Shown here in pieces: positions 30,990 through 41,248 of a stretch of DNA of 64,000 nucleotides (position 1 is the stretch's first letter; each line of letters starts with the position of its first letter). The notes beneath the pieces were generated by a model. The model saw only the letters and a list, made by a program, of their open reading frames with translations. It was not told where the DNA came from and did not search any database. The stretch is taken from contig OZ025687.1 of NCBI GenBank assembly GCA_964019335.1, forward strand, positions 124,001 to 188,000. Reading direction: 5' to 3'. The translations under genes and the position numbers were made by a program. Origin of the DNA: Diplonema japonicum (Eukaryota; Protista; Euglenozoa: Diplonemea).

Positions 30990-33287
30990 TTAACCTCTCG
31001 ATCTGATAGATCTCATTGGGGGCGGAGGTACCACGCATAGAGAGCCACACAAGGTGCCACCACCTCGAAGGGGCGACAGATTTCGAGAAGGAGAAGCAGA
31101 CCTCCGGGCACGCGACTCTGAAGGCCGTTGCCCATATGCAGGAGGCGGAGATGATGAGTGGCGCGAGTAAGCAGAAGAGTTGCGATGTGAAGAAAAAGTG
31201 GTGTTATTCTTTTGCAAGGACTTGTACGTATACAGTACGTGAGAGGACCAAGAAGGCCGCACTACAACGGGCGGCTCGGAGTCAGGTTCCCACTCCATAC
31301 AACCAGGCGGCAACAGTGGCGCGTTGACCCTCATACTACACGCCAGCACAGACAGCACAGCACATGCAACAGACTTCCTCACGGCATCATCAACAACAGC
31401 ACCCTTCCCTATGTTCTGTCGTATGTCGTTCTGCCAGTCCTCAAACATTGAGTATCTCCGAGACATGAAGTCCATAGGCATCTTGACCGCAGGTATCTTC
31501 CGTGGTGACGGCGACGGCGACAATGCCTGCAGCCTTGACGATGCAGGGCTTGCGATGGGAGACGCTGGACGAGACGATTCAGGGCTCGTGTTTGTCTCGG
31601 AGCGTGGCGGCCCGGAGTCGATGTCCTCTGACCCAAGCATGCTGTTGTTTTATTTATTTATTTTATTATTATTTTTCTTTCTTTTCATACCTGTACTCTG
31701 AAAACTGTGACGTCGGTGATGTAGGTGACGCGAAGCCCGAATCCATTGAATGTCGCTTCCCTGCTCTGTGCACCATGAGGTGCCGTCTTCGAACAGACTG
31801 TGTTCGTTCCAATAATGTGGACCCCAAGGTGCCTGATGGAGCGTCGGACCCTGATCTTGCACTCGAATCCGCGCTGAAGGCAGGCTCCACTATTGTGGCC
31901 GCCTTCTTCCCCAACTTTTTCCGTCTAGATTTTGCTTTTCTTTGAACCATCTCGTTCCAGTGCTGTGCCTCCATGCGGATGATTTCGTTTCGCATTTTTG
32001 TTTCGTTTTCCGTCGTGGACCTCAGGAGCCTCGCGATGGCATCGAGCTTTGAAACATTCGCTATGCGCTGCCTCTTCAGGCGCTGCCACTCGCTGTCCTC
32101 GTCGGTCTGCATGGTGCTTCGTTGTACGAGATGCACATACCATGATCTTGTTCCGCGACGGTGTTTCGTCTTTCGTGAGAATGGAAATGACGCTTGACGA
32201 CTGTAAGGGAGTCATGCAACATGGTGTAGTGCAAGTGCATACCATAGCCTGCCATTCTCTTTCGTATTTCCGCTGCCGAGCCATCAGCTTGTCGAACTCT
32301 TCCCTCTGCTCTGCGAAAGCGATGCGGAGCTCCCCCTCTACGATTTTCCGTCTGTTGCTTTCCTCACGGCAGACCTGTACGGGTGGGTGATTTATTCACA
32401 AGGCATACCTGATCAAGGATACCACGCAGCTTCTCAAGCCTCTCTTGGTTCTGCCTGTCAAGTTCTCTCTGAATATTCTCAGCAATGCGGTTCATGCGCA
32501 CCTCCTCCATTGTGAAGGGGTCCTGTGCTTTGTTCCATTCGCCTTCCCACCATGATGGTCTTTCTCCATCTGCGGCGAGCGCCCGTCTCATTGCTCGGTC
32601 GATCTTTTCCGACTTCTGTCGTTTTATGGATAGCCTCTTCATCCCCTTTTCGTGAGCCTTGTCGGCAGCTTCCTTGTCGCGTGCTAACTGCAGTTTCAGT
32701 TCTTCTTTCGCTTCTTCTCTACGTTGCTCGACTTCTTCTATCTTTGCACGTTCTTCTTCAAGTCGAATCTGTCGCTTCTCCTCAAGGAGTGTCACAGGGT
32801 CCACGACGGTGTGCTCCTTCACATCTTCGCCGTCAAGCCCCATAAAGGCACACACATCAATGGGTAGTTCTTTTTCAGCTGCGTAAGGAGCGATGGTGTC
32901 GTGTTCTTCCACTTCAAGCGGCAGGACCTCGTCATAAAACGTGTCCAGGAACACGGTGGTGTGCTCCTCTTCCTTGCATTGTATCAGCAACTCATCTGTG
33001 TCTGTCTCCAGTCTGATGAATCTTGTGTCACTGTACTTGAAGATGCTTAACACACACGCATTTTCTATCATGTGTTGTACCTCTCTTGCCTCGTCGAAGA
33101 GGTAGAGCCCCTGATCCGTGAGCACCATGCTCCCCGTTTCCACGACATCATACGCTGTGTACATGTAGTCCACTTCCCCACTAAAGTGAAGTGTGTCGTC
33201 TCCCTGCTGCCTCGCGTGCTCCACGAACCCATCGTTCTCCCGGAAGTCCAAGTAATCTTTTTCCAAGTCGCTACATTCTAAGTCCAT
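30990..33287 (-). CDS. Hypothetical protein with PH-like N-terminus and coiled coil (4 introns)
   Basis: Introns 32375-32408, 32201-32242, 32107-32140 and 31642-31690 join four ORF pieces. Start MDLECS. The PH-like call is tentative (MVLTDQGLYLFD). Confidence 0.72.
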
Positions 33288-33535
33288 GCTAACCTGGCTT
33301 GTGTTTTGCAACAACGGTAAGTACTGTAAACTGAAAGGGACACTCGGGGGGGAAATGGAAACTTCTTTGTTTTCTTTTTTTTTTCCCCCCTCTTTTGCAC
33401 GTGTGGAGAAGCTTATAACTCGAAATTCTTCTTTTGTTTTTGCCAAACGTTCCCCCTCTTTTTTGGTAGGATCAAGCCTTAAAAAATATAAAAAAAATAA
33501 AAAATAAAAATAAAAAAGTCGAGATAGTGGTGAAC

Positions 33536-34948
33536 CTACAACGCCACCCGCCAAGCGTTCTGGATTAGAGTAGCTGTAGCATCATTAGACCTACGATGCC
33601 GGCCCTCAACAACAGGGGCTTTCATCTGCGGTATGAGAGGGGAGAAGATGAGGAGGAGATCTGCGTGCTGTGCTGCGGTGAACTCCAATGACCCGTCGAG
33701 GAACTTCGCATGCAGAAGAGAGTAAAGAGAATCGGCTGTGAGAGATGCCACCTCAAAGCTGTGAACCAACTTGCACATGAGAGCAGAGTCGAGATTATCG
33801 AGGTGCTTGTGTAACGCTTTCCGTGCACCTGTGAAAGCAGGCTGGATGTCTACTAAGGGGAATCTTGAAAACGCGAATAACGTGTCCACTATTTCATACG
33901 CCTCGAGGCTGTCTCCCCACCCGCTGCTTAGCTTGCGCAAGATGTCGTGTGCGCCCACCACTACAACATCTGCGAAATAACCTTTTTTAAAAACGATGGC
34001 AGCGGCTGTTATGTATAGGTAATACAAGTCAACAGGGAGGCTTTCTGTGTCGATCTCGCGGAAGATGTCGTGCGTGCTCAGCCCTGACATGCAAGCCTTC
34101 AGCAACGATGCAGCATCCCCCCGCATCACAAGGGACTCCTTGCGTCTTCGCTTTGAGTTCTCTAGGTTCAGTCTTTTTGTGTGCCAAGTAAACCAATTGA
34201 TTTGCTGCTCCTGCCAACCTTTGATGTTCCATTTGTCAAGGCGTTCTAGACAGTTTTCAGAAGGGACGTACTCGTACTTTGTCCATGCTGCCAAGACGGC
34301 AATAACCCCTACGGGGGGGGAGGTGAAGATGTATTGCTCGGAGCTGCGGAGGAAGTCGAGAAGGTCTTTTTTAGGATAGTCAGCTTTGCTTGCGGCTTCG
34401 AGGATGGCAAAGGAGTAGGAGCCCATGTCGCGGCTCACGGCAATGCTGAGCAACGCCTCAAAAGACGAGTGTATTGAATATTTTTTCGCGAGCTTTAGAT
34501 CGCTAGCAAAATTGCGAGGCGAGGTTTCGTAGGACAGCACGGCCTCTTCTTCAAAGAGCATGACTGCGCTTGCGGCAGTGTGGGGGCATTCCGTGGCCTC
34601 AAAGGTTTTTACAATCCACCTCCTGTCTATCGGGCTCATCTTCTTCATTCCCTCCCTCACCAGTTTCTTATAGACAGCATCCGTGTGTCTTTTCCCTTGT
34701 TTCACGTTGTGCCTTGTTATTACTCCCACGGCTTGAGCAAGAACTTCCAAGGGTAGATCTTCATAAAACCTGTGTAGTCCATCCGACAGCACTTCGAGTG
34801 TCTTTCTCCGCATTTCCCCTACCTTGCCCGGTTCGTAGACACAGATCTCTTTTACAAGCAGTATCGGCAGCTTTTTATCTACCATCGCCTCGTTCAGCCG
34901 GCGCAGCAGTTCCAGAGGGTTTCTTGCTTTTCTTGCCCATCGTTGCAT
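33536..34948 (-). CDS. Hypothetical alpha-helical repeat protein, possibly mitochondrial
   Basis: 470-aa ORF with an Arg-rich N-terminus (MQRWARKAR) and amphipathic helical repeats. Confidence 0.65.
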   Translation of the reverse strand: MQRWARKARNPLELLRRLNEAMVDKKLPILLVKEICVYEPGKVGEMRRKTLEVLSDGLHRFYEDLPLEVLAQAVGVITRHNVKQGKRHTDAVYKKLVREGMKKMSPIDRRWIVKTFEATECPHTAASAVMLFEEEAVLSYETSPRNFASDLKLAKKYSIHSSFEALLSIAVSRDMGSYSFAILEAASKADYPKKDLLDFLRSSEQYIFTSPPVGVIAVLAAWTKYEYVPSENCLERLDKWNIKGWQEQQINWFTWHTKRLNLENSKRRRKESLVMRGDAASLLKACMSGLSTHDIFREIDTESLPVDLYYLYITAAAIVFKKGYFADVVVVGAHDILRKLSSGWGDSLEAYEIVDTLFAFSRFPLVDIQPAFTGARKALHKHLDNLDSALMCKLVHSFEVASLTADSLYSLLHAKFLDGSLEFTAAQHADLLLIFSPLIPQMKAPVVEGRHRRSNDATATLIQNAWRVAL

Positions 34949-35045
34949 CGAGGACCCTTTTTTTTGTTGTTTGACAGGGGGGGATATATAAAAAAAAAGA
35001 AAAAAACAAAGGTACAGGCGAACAGACTAAAGGTAAGGACACACA

Positions 35046-35084
<39 letters not shown>

Positions 35085-35088
<4 letters not shown>

Positions 35089-36680
35089 ATGTTTGGGTAC
35101 AGAAGGAGAGGAGGTGCTGTTGGCTTGACAGACTTTTTTGAGTGGTGAGAGCTGGGGGAGGTCGAGTTGTTCGGAAGGCCCATGGCAGCATGGGCGGCGT
35201 CGAGTTGGGTTTGGAGAGAATTGATGGTGCTGTTAGGGGTGGTGGCAAGCTCGGAGATGCGCATCCTCAGCTGGTGGATGAGTTTGTCCTTCTCAACTGA
35301 TTTGCGCTGTTGCTCACCCACGAAGACATGTGTCTCGCCCATGCGGAGTGGCACCTGATTAAGCTCTTCCTGGAGTTCTTCTACCTTTTGCTTCAGGATG
35401 ACGTCGACACTCACCTCAGGAATGGCCACTGTGGGAGGGATCCCGTGCTGCTGCTGATGTACATTCAGTTGCGTCCGCACGTTATAGATCTCCTTGTCGA
35501 GTCCCCCATCGCAGACGTCCTTGTTGGCACGCAATGCATCCTTCTCGATATTAACCAGCATCGTGCCCAGCATGCTTGCAACTCGCCCGTCTGTTTCCTC
35601 TACCGATAAAGCCGCCACCTGGTTCATTGCTTCTCGCATTCGGCTGATCTGCCTTTGCGACTGTGACATCGCCTTCTCCGTCAGCTCCAGCAGCGACTCA
35701 CGTAGGGAATTTCCCACATCGTCTCGCGTCTGTTTTTTTTTTTTTTTTTCCCCCTTTATTATTTTCGAATCACATACATTTTCCCGATTCTTTAGGTATG
35801 CTAGTTGGTCGTTCATCTCCCTCACTTTGCTTCTCTCATCGTCAAGCTTTCTTTCCAGCGCGCGAATGTTTGTCACCTTCTGCGCCAGTTCTTCTTCTAA
35901 CCTACTAGCCGCGTCTGTTTGTGGGAAACTTTCTTTTTTTTTTTTTTTGCTTCTACCTGCTTTTTGCTGGCAGATCTTCATCTGTGCTTCAAGCTCCGCC
36001 ACGCTGTCCTTTTCGTTTTCTAGTGACCGCCATAGTTTTTCCCGTTCTTCAGTTTCTTTTTTGAGCTCTGTTTGAAGCACGCTGCAGCGTGTGCAGATGT
36101 GAGGAACCTGAGCCACCTGCACCTGGTCCAACGGTTTGTTCGATACGTTCTCCTTGAACTCCCTAACCTTGAAGCTTGGGTCCACGACCCACCCCTTTCC
36201 ACGGTTCTGCCAGATTCCCATCTCGTTCGGGTACCGCCCGTTGTGGATTTCCTGCGACATCGCCTGTGTGTGTGTGTGTGTGTTGTTCTTTGTTTGAGTA
36301 TAAAAAATTGCATACCCAGCCTTTGCTTTGCTCCATGACCTCTTCCTTCCCTATCATCCATCTGTCGCGGTGCCCGAGGTAAATCACTTTCGTGTTTCCT
36401 TCCTGCTTCCAACAGGGCATGTTGCGTACAAGCCTGCCTTCTACCAGGTTATATGTCCCACCAGGGCCATTTAAGGCAGGTGACTCTACAGAAAGGATCT
36501 TCGGCACATCGCCACCGGGCATAGCAGTGCAAGCCTATGGGTGGTTTTTATTCGACGCGAAAGAAAAAAAAAAAGATCGTGAAAAGAAAGAAAAAAGTTG
36601 GAGAGGGGACGAGACACCTGGTGGTCGGAAAGCACACTGAATGCATCGTCGGCAAGCATGGATGAGATGGTGGAAATCAT
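35085..36680 (-). CDS. Hypothetical protein with Trp-rich beta domain and coiled coil (2 introns)
   Basis: Introns 36535-36617 (83 nt) and 36264-36315 join three ORFs in frame. Confidence 0.7.
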
Positions 36681-36727
36681 GGTCTGTTAATGGTGATATT
36701 GAAAAAAAAAAAAAAAAAGTTTATTTT

Positions 36728-38308
36728 TTATAGTACCATGCGCCGTGTCGCAGAAGGTGCTGCATTCGGCTGTAAAAGTTGTGAAGCTACTGAATTGAGC
36801 TGTTCGGACGGGGTGAAGAACGACTGCCTTCTTGTTCTGTCGGCTGCGTCGACTTTTGCGCTTTCTTGTATCTCTCCCCACACCTCATTCTCTGTCTGAT
36901 GCACGGCTTCCCTCTTCTCATGTTCTTCTGTTTCCAGTTCCTTCCGCAGCTTTTCGTCTTCTTCCGCTCTCTTCCTCGACTCTTCATCTTCTTTTTCCTC
37001 CTGCTCTATCCTCTCCTTCTCCTCTGCCGCCTTCCTTTCCATCGCAATTCTGTTTTCCGCTTCGATTTTCTCTTCCTCCTCTGCTGCTTTCTTTTCCATT
37101 GCAATCCTCTCTTCGGCGGCCTTGTTTTCCGCATCGATTTTCTCATTCATCTCTTTCTTTTCCATCGCAAGCTTCTCTTCGGCGGCTTTTTTTTCCGCTT
37201 CGATTTTCTCTTCTTCCTCAGCTGCTTTTTTTTCCAACGCAATCCTCTCTTCAGCAGCCTTGTTCTCCGCTTCGAGTTTCTCTTTATCTTCCTCTTTCTC
37301 TATTGGATAGAGTCGTTCATCAAGGGTAAGCAGGTCGGGTTGCTGCGTGCCTTCTGCAGGTATTGTGCCTTGGAACCTAGGCATGCCTTGGGGCATCTCC
37401 TGTGGATAGTCAGGGTTTCTCCATGGAGGGAAGAGGACCTTAGCAGGTTCCAGTTTTTTGGCGGCAAGATGCTTTAAGTATTCGGGCTCATACGTCGAAT
37501 AAAGGTGCCTAACAAGGTCGGCGGGGGGGTAGGCCTCGAGGATCGTGTCGAGGATCACGAGCTTTTCGGGATCTTTCTCTTGGAAATACTCGAGAAGGGC
37601 AAAACGTATGTTCCAGTGACCTGGGTGGGAGGAGGACCACGTCGCTGCCGTGAGGTATTTTTCCGCGACGTAGAGCCTGTGTAGTGTGACGCGCAGGATT
37701 ATGGAAGACAAGGACCCCTTGTGCGATTCCATGATGGTGTCGATTTTGTCGAGCTTTTCCGGTTTGTGCCTTTTGTAGAATCTTGTAATCCACATTTTCA
37801 TCTCTGCTGTGAAATTGTCGTACTGCAGTTGGACCTCGTCGGTGGCGGCGGATTCCGCACCTTTGCAGGCGTCGAGAAAGGCTGGTATGTCATGCTTCAG
37901 CTGAGGAGCCTTCGCACTGTCGTATGTATGGTACAGATCAACGAGACGGAGCCACTGCGAGAAGTGTGTGGTCGAGTACCTGACGTCGAAAGCCGCGTAC
38001 ATCAGCGTGAAGTGGCCACCAGCGAGACGTGCGTCCTCTTCTTCCATGCTCCCTTTGTTCTCGCTGTGCCATGTTTGGAGGATGGTGTCGACGTCCTTCT
38101 CGATGTCAGGCCGCTCCCTTGTCAGATAATGCTTCAGACACCCCCTTGCATCCGACCACCCTACGCATAGAGGGAAGTTCCTCCCAAGTTCTTGAAGCAA
38201 CGCTGGTTCTCTACCATTGTACGCCTCAAGGATCTTGTCAATATTGCTTATCTGGTCTGGGTTCTGCCATGTATAAAACGCCACTAACGTTTCTCTATGA
38301 GGACTCAT
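36728..38308 (-). CDS. Hypothetical protein with repeated FY..P.K..ID.IL..Y domains and EK-rich tandem repeats
   Basis: 526-aa ORF with about five copies of the domain also seen at 24712-26472. Confidence 0.8.
   Translation of the reverse strand: MSPHRETLVAFYTWQNPDQISNIDKILEAYNGREPALLQELGRNFPLCVGWSDARGCLKHYLTRERPDIEKDVDTILQTWHSENKGSMEEEDARLAGGHFTLMYAAFDVRYSTTHFSQWLRLVDLYHTYDSAKAPQLKHDIPAFLDACKGAESAATDEVQLQYDNFTAEMKMWITRFYKRHKPEKLDKIDTIMESHKGSLSSIILRVTLHRLYVAEKYLTAATWSSSHPGHWNIRFALLEYFQEKDPEKLVILDTILEAYPPADLVRHLYSTYEPEYLKHLAAKKLEPAKVLFPPWRNPDYPQEMPQGMPRFQGTIPAEGTQQPDLLTLDERLYPIEKEEDKEKLEAENKAAEERIALEKKAAEEEEKIEAEKKAAEEKLAMEKKEMNEKIDAENKAAEERIAMEKKAAEEEEKIEAENRIAMERKAAEEKERIEQEEKEDEESRKRAEEDEKLRKELETEEHEKREAVHQTENEVWGEIQESAKVDAADRTRRQSFFTPSEQLNSVASQLLQPNAAPSATRRMVL
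37020..37290 (-). repeat. Coding minisatellite (EAENKAAEERIA.EKKAAEEEEKI)
   Basis: Imperfect tandem repeats visible in both DNA and protein. Confidence 0.8.
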
Positions 38309-38367
38309 GTGTACCTGAAGCGGGGTAAGGTGTTTTGTGTGATTGTGACGCGTGTGTTATGATACTC

Positions 38368-40149
38368 CTAAGCGCTCGAGGCATTCTCCTCGAGCTCCTT
38401 GTTTATGGGCTCCCTTGGTGCCTTTCGCTTCTTGCCTTTTTGAAGGCTGAAAAGATCGCTCGGTTCGTCCAGCACCCGTAGCAGGTACCCCTTAAATCTG
38501 TTTGTCCCCCACGTTTCAGTGAGCAGCTCAGAAAAGTCTGCTGCACAGTTCAGGTTTCTCAACATTTGCACCCTTCTCTTAGCACTGCGGGCTGCCTTGC
38601 TGATCACGTACCACAACTCATCGTTGGAAACCCCCTTTTCGCTGCACATGGCCATCACCACACCCCCTTGCGCCACCGCTGATATCGCGTTCCTGTAACG
38701 TGAGACGAGCTTGTCAAGATCTTGGAATTCAAGCTGCCTGTATGGGGGATGAAGAGACGGGAAAGCAACGCATACCTTCCATACACCCTGAGGAGGTCGG
38801 GGGGGGACACCACCACAATGTCGTAGGACCCCACCTCCACACCACGCGGCGCTGCCTGTTGTTCGGTTGATCTCGTGTCCGAAGGGTGCCATACCTGATC
38901 GCAACGCATCGTCTTCCAGTTCGCCTTCCCCTCCGTGTCGTTTAGTTTCAAGTTCTTCTCCGCCTTTTTTGGAAAAAAAAAAAATTATTTTGAAAATGAA
39001 TACAATCGATACCTGTATCAGTGCTTTGTTGCTTGAATCGTAGCCATGCACCATGGTGGCACCGCCGGCGAGGGCGTGTGCCATGAAGCCCCCCGTTTCG
39101 CAGTGTAAATCAAGCACCTTCTTACCTTTGGAAAGGGTTTTCAATAGGGATCTCGACGGTCGGTACACCATGGAGTTCGGGCCGCCCACGGGAACAGACG
39201 GCTTGCCCAGCATACTGTACTCAAGGGACACACCGTTCTCCCTGTAGATCAGGTTGTCGGCGGTACCTTCGATCCATTTGCTGATCTTCAAGATAGGATC
39301 CTCAAGGTGTATATTCTTGATTTGCAGATCGTCTGAGAGGAAGGACACAAGGGCGGAGAGCAGCGAGAAAGCCTCGGGGTAACACTTCACAAAGGCGGTT
39401 TCATTGACAATATCGACGTGAAGACCTGGCGTTCGATCGCCCTTTGAGTTCAGCAGGCGGAAGGCTGTTGTGTTTCTAGTGTCGACAAGCTCGGTTTTAT
39501 TTTGCATAGCGAGACGTATTCTGTTGTTCCAGAAGAGGTCATCTATCTTTGTTTCGCTCCCTGTCCACAGGAACGGGAAGACAGCTGTTGACAAGTTTGA
39601 CTCAGAAGCCCCTTGGTAGAGGCCGTAGCCTTGTAGCTCCTTTTCAGGTCCTGATCGGAGCTCCATAACGCTGCCTGGTTTGATAGATGTGTCGCGTGTG
39701 ATGGCACGGCCGTTACGGAGGTTCTCGAACGTTATAAAACTGTCGCCCATGTCCAATGTTTTTTTTGGGTTTGCTAGAATGGCCCAGGGGTACGATCCGT
39801 CGGGTGATGCAAGAGCGTGGGATCTTTCGAGGAGCCCTGGGGTGGTCATTCTCTTTTCGACGGCTGCTTCGGCTTCCCGATCGATGTGTGCGAACCGTTC
39901 TTCTGCCTCGAGCGCCATTCGTTTGGCCCGGGCTTCTCTTTGTGCAATGGTCTCGTTCTCTCTGCCTCTTTTGAATACATCCTTCATTGATCTGTCACTG
40001 GTGCCTTTGTGCACCAATGATTTTATCACTCCCCTCGCACGGTCGCCGGTTCTTTTGACACTCAAGTCGTATTCATCAGGATCGACAATCATTGTGGTTG
40101 CCCATCGCCTGCCCACCATTCGGGCGCATTGCTGTGGGTGTGCGAACAT
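38368..40149 (-). CDS. RlmI/RlmK-like SAM-dependent rRNA methyltransferase (3 introns), probably organellar
   Basis: FRLLNSKGDRTPGLHVD, KGKKVLDLHCETGGF...ALAGGA and YDIVVVSPP. Introns 38964-39012, 38856-38894, 38738-38775. Alternative start at 40119. Confidence 0.82.
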   Translation of the reverse strand: MFAHPQQCARMVGRRWATTMIVDPDEYDLSVKRTGDRARGVIKSLVHKGTSDRSMKDVFKRGRENETIAQREARAKRMALEAEERFAHIDREAEAAVEKRMTTPGLLERSHALASPDGSYPWAILANPKKTLDMGDSFITFENLRNGRAITRDTSIKPGSVMELRSGPEKELQGYGLYQGASESNLSTAVFPFLWTGSETKIDDLFWNNRIRLAMQNKTELVDTRNTTAFRLLNSKGDRTPGLHVDIVNETAFVKCYPEAFSLLSALVSFLSDDLQIKNIHLEDPILKISKWIEGTADNLIYRENGVSLEYSMLGKPSVPVGGPNSMVYRPSRSLLKTLSKGKKVLDLHCETGGFMAHALAGGATMVHGYDSSNKALIQVSIVFIFKIIFFFSKKGGEELETKRHGGEGELEDDALRSGMAPFGHEINRTTGSAAWCGGGVLRHCGGVPPRPPQGVWKVCVAFPSLHPPYRQLEFQDLDKLVSRYRNAISAVAQGGVVMAMCSEKGVSNDELWYVISKAARSAKRRVQMLRNLNCAADFSELLTETWGTNRFKGYLLRVLDEPSDLFSLQKGKKRKAPREPINKELEENASSA

Positions 40150-40528
40150 CAACAATTCACAGATGGCCTGGAGAGACGGGTTTTTGAAGTGAAAAAGAAG
40201 GGGGGGGGGGGGGAAATAGAGAAAATAATGTTGAAAATAGTTAAGCAAAGTATATTCTGTTTTTTTCTTTTTGTAACTTGAACTTTTTTGTCATACTGTA
40301 AAAAATCGCATAATTTTTTGTCAGGGAAGAAAAAGAAGGCTAAGGCTTCCTGTCCCGGAAAACTTGTGTTCTCTTTTTTTTTTTGGGTGTCCCTTTTCCT
40401 CCGAGGAAAAATCAAGAGAGTTTACAGTTTTTTTTTGTTTCTCCCTCTCCCCTGTGTCTTTTTTTCTTTTTTTGCTGCGAGCGGAAAAATCAGAAAAGCC
40501 AAAAAAAAAAAAAAAAAAAAAGGGAATG

Positions 40529-40613
40529 TATGAGTTAAAGGTGAAACGCCCCCTGAGAAAAAAAAAAGACAAAAAATATATGAGTTAAAGGAAGTCTCTG
40601 TGAGACGCCCCCT
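40529..40613. repeat. Short tandem duplication
   Basis: tatgagttaaagg...gtga(a/g)acgccccct occurs twice (~40529-40554 and ~40579-40613). Confidence 0.8.
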
Positions 40614-41136
40614 TGTTCTCATCTTCTACCTGCACCTATCCCCTTTCAGCAGCGGTTTCTCCTCCTTTGGTGGTCTTGCCGGCCTTCCCAGCCTGGCCGC
40701 TCTTTCTCTTCGTTCTCTTGCCCATTGTCCTTTCAACGCCTCTAGGTCATGCTTGGTCTTCGGTGATGCAAATATCGCCCTCCTGTTCCATCCGATCACC
40801 GCCTTTGTCCTCCCGATGGATCGTAGTGTGTGCACCCTTGTGCACGGCTCGTCAGAAGGCCCTCCTTCCTTTCACCTTCTTCAGTACCCTTCCTAGCTCC
40901 CATGTGTGCCAGATCTTCTTCATCAATCCATGCAATCTCCTCGCTTTCTGCTGTACTTCTGCGAGATCCCCCAGCTTCCCTCGCCGAACGGGGGCTGCCC
41001 TGCCGACTGGACCACCGCCAGTTGCCGCCCCTTCTTCGGGATGACCGTCGCATCCTTCCACCCGTTGTTCCGTTGCACCGGCTTCTGACCTCGCCGTTCG
41101 CGCCACCTGCACCCATGATGATGATGCTGCCTCCTT

Positions 41137-41248
41137 CTGGGGAGTTTGCTCCCCCCTCGGGAGGGGACCCAGGGCCACCACGTGGAGGTTCCCCAGCCAT
41201 CTTTGATTGCGATTATTTTGATTAATTCCAACCCAAATTACCGGCCCC
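41137..41248 (-). ncRNA. HDV-like self-cleaving ribozyme (predicted)
   Basis: Minus strand: P1 GGGGCC (41248-43)/GGCCCT (41176-71) with G-U at the cleavage site; P2 CTGGGGA (41196-90)/TCCCCAG (41143-37); P3 ACC/GGT; L3 TCCACGT; P1.1 CC/GG (41170-69); P4 TCCCCT-cccg-AGGGGG; J4/2 GAG-C-AAAC with candidate catalytic C at 41148. Confidence 0.8.
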
